The notes beneath the pieces were generated by a model. That model did not search any database. It was not told the origin of the DNA and worked only from the letters and a program-made list of their open reading frames with translations. DNA of 64,000 nt, taken from Candidatus Zixiibacteriota bacterium. Its GTDB lineage: Bacteria > Zixibacteria > MSB-5A5 > RBG-16-43-9. Below are positions 58,459 to 64,000 of this stretch, piece after piece. The DNA lies in the NCBI GenBank assembly GCA_030692925.1, contig JAUYBY010000101.1:3663-67662 (forward strand), given 5' to 3'. A program made the position numbers and the translations under genes. The stretch's first letter is position 1. Each line of letters opens with the position of its first letter.

Positions 58459-59973
58459 TTATCCTCCTAGATTGATAATTGGTAATTGCATACTTGGATA
58501 ATATCTCGGCCCTCCAGATAATCCTTCAAAATCGTGCTCGTACAACTGGATGGTTTTGGTAACATAACGGAGCGTATTGCCCAAAATATATGCAAGTGCA
58601 ACAGGGCCAGAAAAAAAGAAGTGTAATTTATGGCACTTGGATGGAAGATTACTCCTAAGCAGCGTTTGTAATTCGCATCCCAATTGCCACGCATGCGTAC
58701 CGTCAAATATTGCCTTTGGCCCTATACCATTAACTGGAGAAAGATCAATTCGCAACAACCTTTCTAGTCCCGTTGATTTAAGGAAAGGAAGTAGGTGATT
58801 TTTTATAGGATTTGTTACAGAGATAGAGACAACTACTTCCGTATTGACCCCCCCGTAAATATTTATATTCCACAAACCACTATTACCAGTGCTTGGTTCA
58901 GGCCAAAATTCATAACCAGACATCGTCGTTTTTTGAGCAGGTATAATCTGAAGCCCAAATTTCGGATTTAATAGATTTCCGGCCAGAAAGGCGATACTCA
59001 AATGACAATCAAAGAATATGTAGACCGGCTGAGGAAGATTCTTTACATTATCGCTCCGAAAAAAAGCATCCACGAGCTTAGGGATCTCCTCTCGCCAATA
59101 GGACTTAGAATGGGGGAAACGTCCATCAAAGAGTTCAGATAAATCAAGGTGCGCTGCTTGAAACTCACGGGGTCTACGGGCACCCTGAGGACAACTTCTA
59201 ATGGAGATTTCACTGTAATTTGGCCGCGGGGGAACGATAAGCTTTTCCTCCTTGAGCATATCATTGAAAGAATCACGATCAAAACGATTTCGACCTTGGG
59301 AGAATAACTCCCACGCTAGATCATCATAAATTATGGTCGTTGCCAGAGGATCTATAGGTTTAAGCCCAGCTAATTTTAAATATGGTTCCAGTTCTTTAGC
59401 CAGGTCAGTAAGATTCTTACCCAGTTGAAATCTAACAGTGTTTAGAAACCTTTTAAGTTCTGTCTCCGTTATAGATAGGTGTTCTGCAAATTTGGAACGA
59501 ATCATTCCCTCCTTAGTTCTTGAACTACCCTTGTAAAAAGTATCGCGAATTCTCTCCTCAGATAAATGACGTGCTAGCACATCGGCAGGATCCCAAATCC
59601 AATTTGAAACCACGTATAACCGAAACGTCTTTGATTCGTTTATGAGCTGAACATAAGCATTATTTAAGCGCTTTAACATTGATTCTTCACAACTAATAAA
59701 AGACGGATCAAGCAATTTCTCATATGTGAATGCTCCTCCTTGTGTCACATGGTATTTACATTGATAGTAATCGCAACTAATTCTTTTACCAGTTGCTTTG
59801 TCACAGATTGGCTCACGGTAGGTCACCACAACATCGTCGACAAAGGATACCTTGTCGCTTTCTAGACATACCGATTCCACGAAGTCTCCTGTACGCAGTT
59901 TTAGCAAATGGAGCCAAAAAATCCGTGCTTGATATTCGTGTCCTTGCCTTATTGCAGCAATAGGCCGTCCCAT
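58459..59973 (-). CDS. CBASS effector, Cap4-like (N-terminal REase-fold nuclease + C-terminal SAVED-like domain), tentative
   Basis: 504 aa; N-terminal D...D/QxK-like acidic cluster (VDDVVVTY...DYYQCKYH); C-terminal HFFFSGPVALAYILG CARF/SAVED-like motif; position upstream of CD-NTase. Confidence 0.5.
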   Translation of the reverse strand: MGRPIAAIRQGHEYQARIFWLHLLKLRTGDFVESVCLESDKVSFVDDVVVTYREPICDKATGKRISCDYYQCKYHVTQGGAFTYEKLLDPSFISCEESMLKRLNNAYVQLINESKTFRLYVVSNWIWDPADVLARHLSEERIRDTFYKGSSRTKEGMIRSKFAEHLSITETELKRFLNTVRFQLGKNLTDLAKELEPYLKLAGLKPIDPLATTIIYDDLAWELFSQGRNRFDRDSFNDMLKEEKLIVPPRPNYSEISIRSCPQGARRPREFQAAHLDLSELFDGRFPHSKSYWREEIPKLVDAFFRSDNVKNLPQPVYIFFDCHLSIAFLAGNLLNPKFGLQIIPAQKTTMSGYEFWPEPSTGNSGLWNINIYGGVNTEVVVSISVTNPIKNHLLPFLKSTGLERLLRIDLSPVNGIGPKAIFDGTHAWQLGCELQTLLRSNLPSKCHKLHFFFSGPVALAYILGNTLRYVTKTIQLYEHDFEGLSGGPRYYPSMQLPIINLGG

Positions 59974-60423
59974 AGAAATAAGACCTCACTTGAAAAACGT
60001 GACGAATATTCCCGCCACAATTCCACCAACGGAATGGGTATTCTTTGCACGACCCAAAATGAACATTTATACTTCGAACGATATGTAACCTTACTATGTT
60101 TGCAACGGCTGAGTTCAGTCTCGCGACTACTCACATGTGCATAGGGTAGATGCCTTATTATTTTCACCACTCTATAGAATAAGACCTCTCTTGCTGTATG
60201 TCGTCAAACAAAGTGGACATTTAATACCCAAAAGCTAAGACGTACCTTCCCCTAAAGCAACAGTTATTTTGTAAGTGCTCATTCTTTTCTAATCTCTGGA
60301 GCACTTACTGGATTCGCCACCTCAACCAGGATAAGACTTTTTTAAAAGGGGTAGATTTCAAATACTACTTTTCGAACATTCATTATAAAAGTATAGGTAG
60401 ATTTACTCTACTGTAATTAGACT

Positions 60424-60482
60424 TGACAATTGCTATGGTTGGACTAACTTAAGAAGTGGTACAATAACTGGGGGCAGGACAC
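60424..60482. repeat. ~58-bp direct repeat, right flank of CBASS cassette
   Basis: see 54690-54747. Confidence 0.7.
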
Positions 60483-60635
60483 TGTTCCGTTCCTTGCCGG
60501 AGACGCCAACTGCGATGGTAATGTAACGGTCGGAGATTTGATCTATTTAATCAGCTATCTTTTCAAAGGTGGCCCACCACCTGCCTGTTGAAGGACGAAG
60601 AGAATTCTAGCAATCGAAGGGGACAGATATTGGTG

Positions 60636-60668
60636 AGCTGTCCCCTTACTTTTTCCAACCTGAAAATA
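60636..60668 (+). terminator. rho-independent terminator
   Basis: aaggggacag-loop-ctgtcccctt then ctttttcc; near-identical copy at 62871-62905. Confidence 0.6.
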
Positions 60669-61044
60669 TCTTGACACTGCGTGAGAAATAAAAGGTTGAG
60701 AAGATCACATACCCCTATCCATTCGAAATGGTCTAACAGATTTCCATTGACATTGTTCAGCTCTCCAGTTTAATTTAAGCAAAGGCTTCTAAGAAGATTT
60801 GAAGTCAATTAAAGAGGTTACTGTAGCTCAACCTGCGCTTCCAGGAACGCTTTCTGGCTTCACCTTGTCGACCACGATAAGACTTCTTCAGTCCAGTCTA
60901 ATTTACTAACTCTTAAACTGGACCGAAATATGGGGGCAGGCCAAAAGTATGTTTTTACTTCTGCACTAGAACATCCACAATCCTTTGACAGCATGAAATC
61001 GTATTAAAAAGTAGACATACTAACCGGCTAAGGAGGTGAAAACA

Positions 61045-61125
61045 ATGCCAAAGCCAACAGATAAATGCCCGTGCGGGTCAGGAAAAGTATATAAGGAGTG
61101 TTGCGGCAAGCCCAAGAAGAAATAA
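61045..61125 (+). CDS. SEC-C-motif metal-binding micro-protein (26 aa)
   Basis: AGGAGGTGAAAACAATG RBS; CPCGSGKVYKECCG SEC-C/YecA-type motif. Confidence 0.55.
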   Translation: MPKPTDKCPCGSGKVYKECCGKPKKK

Positions 61126-61785
61126 AGAGAATCAAGTAGGGGTGTATAAGCCATACGCCCCTACGCTATTTTCACAGGAATATGATTAATCAAACCCGCC
61201 CGAAGTAAGAGCCAGGGGGCTTGGTTTGCAAATTATCAAAGGATAATAGGTCAAAAGAAATGAAAGTAGCACCAAGAGAGGCAGGGTTCTAAGCCTTCGA
61301 AGGATAGTATCCAACGCCCTAAAATGTATGTCGACTTACCCCTGTCCATCTAATTACCAATTGATAAATTCCCAAGAATAACCCCCCATCCCACCTGACA
61401 GTATTTTGACATTGCGTGTAGAGAGAGAATCTACTCTATAAGACTCCCTATATGTCTCCCTTATGAAATAGGGAGTAGCGCAGGAAGATACCTTCGAGGG
61501 GTAGTTTTTCTCTCCCAAAATATATGTCAACTCACCCCTCGTGTATTCTCTTTTGGTTTAATAAATTACAAAAAATAACCCCCCCGTCTGTTCCAGCTAA
61601 TGATATTTTTACGCAGTGATAGGCATAGGTAGGAGTATATTCCCGTGCCTCAAATATGCCTCATTTCAAGTTGGATTATCTTGGATTATGGTGGGTTATT
61701 ATGGATCTTCGAGAATCTAAGCGATTTCTTGTCTACCTTGCTAATAGCTTTAAAAAAAGAGTTCCCAGGCCCTCCCTATGTGCAT

Positions 61786-62442
61786 TTATAACCAGCCTTT
61801 ATCCTGCCAGAATTCATATTCTTTTTTCCAATCATCTTTTCTTGATTGCATTATTCTTTTGAAGTGCTCCCTGCCTGCCTTGATGATTTTCATCTGATCA
61901 GCAAATACCCTTTTCTCTTTTATATCTTGGACCAGTTTTTTACCCAATTGATACGCATCCTCTAGCTTATCTTTTACAGCATATGCTGCAGATGATACGC
62001 CTCCGGAATACTGTGCACCGCAGGTATGAGCATAATATTCAATATAATCCAGGACATTTTTGTCTTGACCGCTTCCTGAGGAAACCACACCTGTAACGTA
62101 TTTATCTAAAAGCCGCTTACAATGTATAAAGTGACTTGAGCGGTCAAAGAACGTCTTCATTGAGCCGCTAACCTGATTTATATAGTTAGGCGAGGCTAGA
62201 ATTATACCATCGGCATCAAGCATCTTTTTTAGTACCCAATTGACATCGTCTCTTATTGAACAGGCAAGAATCTTCTTATGACAAGCTTCGCAATGATGAC
62301 AAAATTCAATTTTTAAATCGCATAAATGGATTATTTCAGATTCAGTCTTTTTAATATTACAGCCCCTCAAGACCTCTTTCGCCAAAAGAAAGGTGTGACT
62401 TTTTGCTTTACGGGGACTCGAAGATATGAGTAGAAGTTTCAT
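61786..62442 (-). CDS. iron-sulfur flavoprotein / NADPH-dependent FMN reductase family
   Basis: 218 aa; flavodoxin-like fold N-terminus MKLLLISSSPRK, Cys cluster CxxC..CxxC (CHHCEACHKK). Confidence 0.65.
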   Translation of the reverse strand: MKLLLISSSPRKAKSHTFLLAKEVLRGCNIKKTESEIIHLCDLKIEFCHHCEACHKKILACSIRDDVNWVLKKMLDADGIILASPNYINQVSGSMKTFFDRSSHFIHCKRLLDKYVTGVVSSGSGQDKNVLDYIEYYAHTCGAQYSGGVSSAAYAVKDKLEDAYQLGKKLVQDIKEKRVFADQMKIIKAGREHFKRIMQSRKDDWKKEYEFWQDKGWL

Positions 62443-62633
62443 AACGATCTCCTCTAAATCTAACTAATTGATTCCCAACTCTTTATTGTTGGAGCAACCA
62501 CCAGGCCATGACCATATTTCCGCATTGTAGTTAGGCTACGTATTCTTCAGACTTCATGTTGGAGGCATCCACGTGGTATCACGAGCACCGACTTCAGATT
62601 TAATGCTGGATTTGTTTACCCCACTGTAGTAAT

Positions 62634-62834
62634 ATGCGGGGCGATGCTAATGGGGATGGAAAGAGGACAGTTTCAGATGCTGTGTACCTGATAAACTATC
62701 TGTTTAAGGGCGGTCCAGCTCCTGTTCCCGTCTTGCGGCCTGGAGATTGCAATTGTGATGGTAAAGTGAATGTAGCTGACGTAGTATACTTAATAAATTA
62801 TCTCTTCAAAGGCGGTCCACCACCAGCTTGTTAA
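62634..62834 (+). pseudogene. dockerin-type-I-like repeat fragment (two Ca-binding repeats), likely gene remnant
   Basis: DANGDGKRTVSDAVYLINYLFKGGPAP and GDCNCDGKVNVADVVYLINYLFKGGPPP; in-frame stops immediately upstream; similar single-repeat fragment at 60490-60592. Confidence 0.45.
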
Positions 62835-63738
62835 GAGCTAAAGAAAATTTTGGTAACCCAAGGGGACAGATATTTGTGAGCTGTCCCCTTGCTTTTTCCA
62901 ACCTGAAAATATTTTGACACCCTGTGCGTAGTGAGGAAAGGAAATAGTGTAAACATGGTCGGGGTAAACTTAACTTGGGACCATGAAACAGGTTCTAACC
63001 TCAGCAAGATGGGGGAGAGGATAATCTTGGAAATTCTCTAGAATCTCATAAAAATCATCGAAAGCTTTTTGTGCCTAATTTGTGCCTAAAATAAGTCAAA
63101 ACAAGCCAAAATGTGCAAGATTCCCTTTTTTGGTTTACTTTGGCTTATTTCGGTTTAATTTACTCTGTTTATTTAACTTAGGAACCTTTCTATTGACTTT
63201 ATTTCCTAAGTCATTATCTTTCTTTATGCCTGTCCCCGCCCTTTCACGGCGGCAACACGAGTTCAAATCTCGTTGGGGACATTTTTATTATCCAAGTTAG
63301 GTAAGAAGCAACCCTCTAAACAACAAGAACTTAACCAAAATAAACAGAAGCCAAGCAAACGAAAATCAAAATAACTTTTTTGGATTGTTTTGACTTGGGT
63401 ACGGCACAAATTTGGCACGACATAGTATTGCTGTCCTACAACCCTCTGTTAAGGAAAAAATTAAAAAAATAAGCGGAGGCTGGGATTCCTCGGCGGTGTC
63501 AATGTAAGTTTCTCTTCACCTTTAGATTATGAGCTAAATCTTTGTTTTTTTTGAATTTGGTTTTTTTGTTTGTTTGTGTTTCTTTATGTCTTTTGTGTCT
63601 ATCTATACGTTGTTTGGACACTAAAAAAGAACGTGATTGTCTTTACCTGAGCTTTTTCTCTACAACAAAGATTCTTCAGGTCGCCTGATGAATATATCAA
63701 AAAAATCTTCAGAGGGGTTTAAAATTTATTGTCCTTTT

Positions 63739-64000
63739 CTAAAATAATCTCTTTAAGCTTAGATGATTTGCTTTAATGGTTTTCTCAATATCATTCTCTG
63801 TATGGGCTAAGGAGATGAAATTGGCTTCGAACTGGGAGGGTGGCAAGAATATACCTCTATTTAACATCTCATGGAAATATCTGGCATATCTCTTTGTATC
63901 GCTTTTCTGGGCAGAGGCAAAATCGTAAACCTTCTCTTCAGTAAAAAATAAGGCTGAGATTGAACCGATCCGGTTATACTGAAGCTCTATCCCTAACTTA
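63739..64000 (-). CDS. hemL: glutamate-1-semialdehyde 2,1-aminomutase, C-terminal part (partial, runs off window)
   Basis: minus-strand translation ...FHEMLNRGIFLPPSQFEANFISLAHTENDIEKTIKANHLSLKRLF* matches HemL C-terminus. Confidence 0.7.
   Translation of the reverse strand, partial: KLGIELQYNRIGSISALFFTEEKVYDFASAQKSDTKRYARYFHEMLNRGIFLPPSQFEANFISLAHTENDIEKTIKANHLSLKRLF

Noticed and set aside
63231-63281. Full tRNA gene
   Set aside because: Only 51 nt; it has acceptor- and T-arm-like parts but no D or anticodon arms. It is kept as a finding, not a tRNA feature.
63082-63300. 72-aa ORF
   Set aside because: It is low-complexity and Phe/Leu-rich, spans the att-like repeat region and the tRNA-like minihelix, and has no RBS.

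Overview
64 kb window from a low-to-moderate-GC diderm bacterium (LPS-core and outer-membrane genes are present); the lineage cannot be named from sequence alone.

Positions 1-27.7 kb are an ordinary, mostly minus-strand housekeeping block: glycine cleavage gcvH/gcvPA, acetyl-CoA carboxylase accB/accC, pilT, an M24 aminopeptidase, split hldE (rfaE1/rfaE2), waaF, lpxL, AsmA, tldD/pmbA, a GH57 branching enzyme and tadA. At least three families of small palindromic intergenic repeats are scattered through it.

At 27781-27870 a tRNA-Ser(CGA) is followed immediately by a tyrosine integrase. From there to at least ~60 kb, possibly ~63.4 kb, the sequence looks like an integrated genomic island. The island carries:
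- two excisionase-like HTH genes, a primase/replicase-like gene and a sigma-54 activator that has no sensor domain;
- a compositionally distinct phage-like module (33.6-41.8 kb) with a 3D-domain wall hydrolase, two further tyrosine recombinases and a stand-alone RuvB-family ATPase;
- a roughly 18 kb defence island.

The defence island holds three parts. (i) A four-gene operon: MORC-like GHKL ATPase / 212-aa protein / ResIII-type SF2 helicase / PLD-family nuclease. (ii) A five-gene operon: 336-aa unknown / large P-loop ATPase / 474-aa unknown / PAPS-reductase-family PP-loop enzyme / multi-TM protein with a C-terminal nucleoside 2-deoxyribosyltransferase-like domain. This is the best candidate for an undescribed modification-plus-effector system. 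(iii) A canonical type II CBASS (Cap4-like nuclease-SAVED effector, CD-NTase, Cap2 E1/E2, Cap3 JAB), bracketed by ~58-bp direct repeats.

The right end (60-63.4 kb) has dockerin-like repeat remnants with reiterated promoter/terminator modules, a SEC-C-motif micro-ORF, an iron-sulfur flavoprotein, candidate att-like repeats and a partial hemL.
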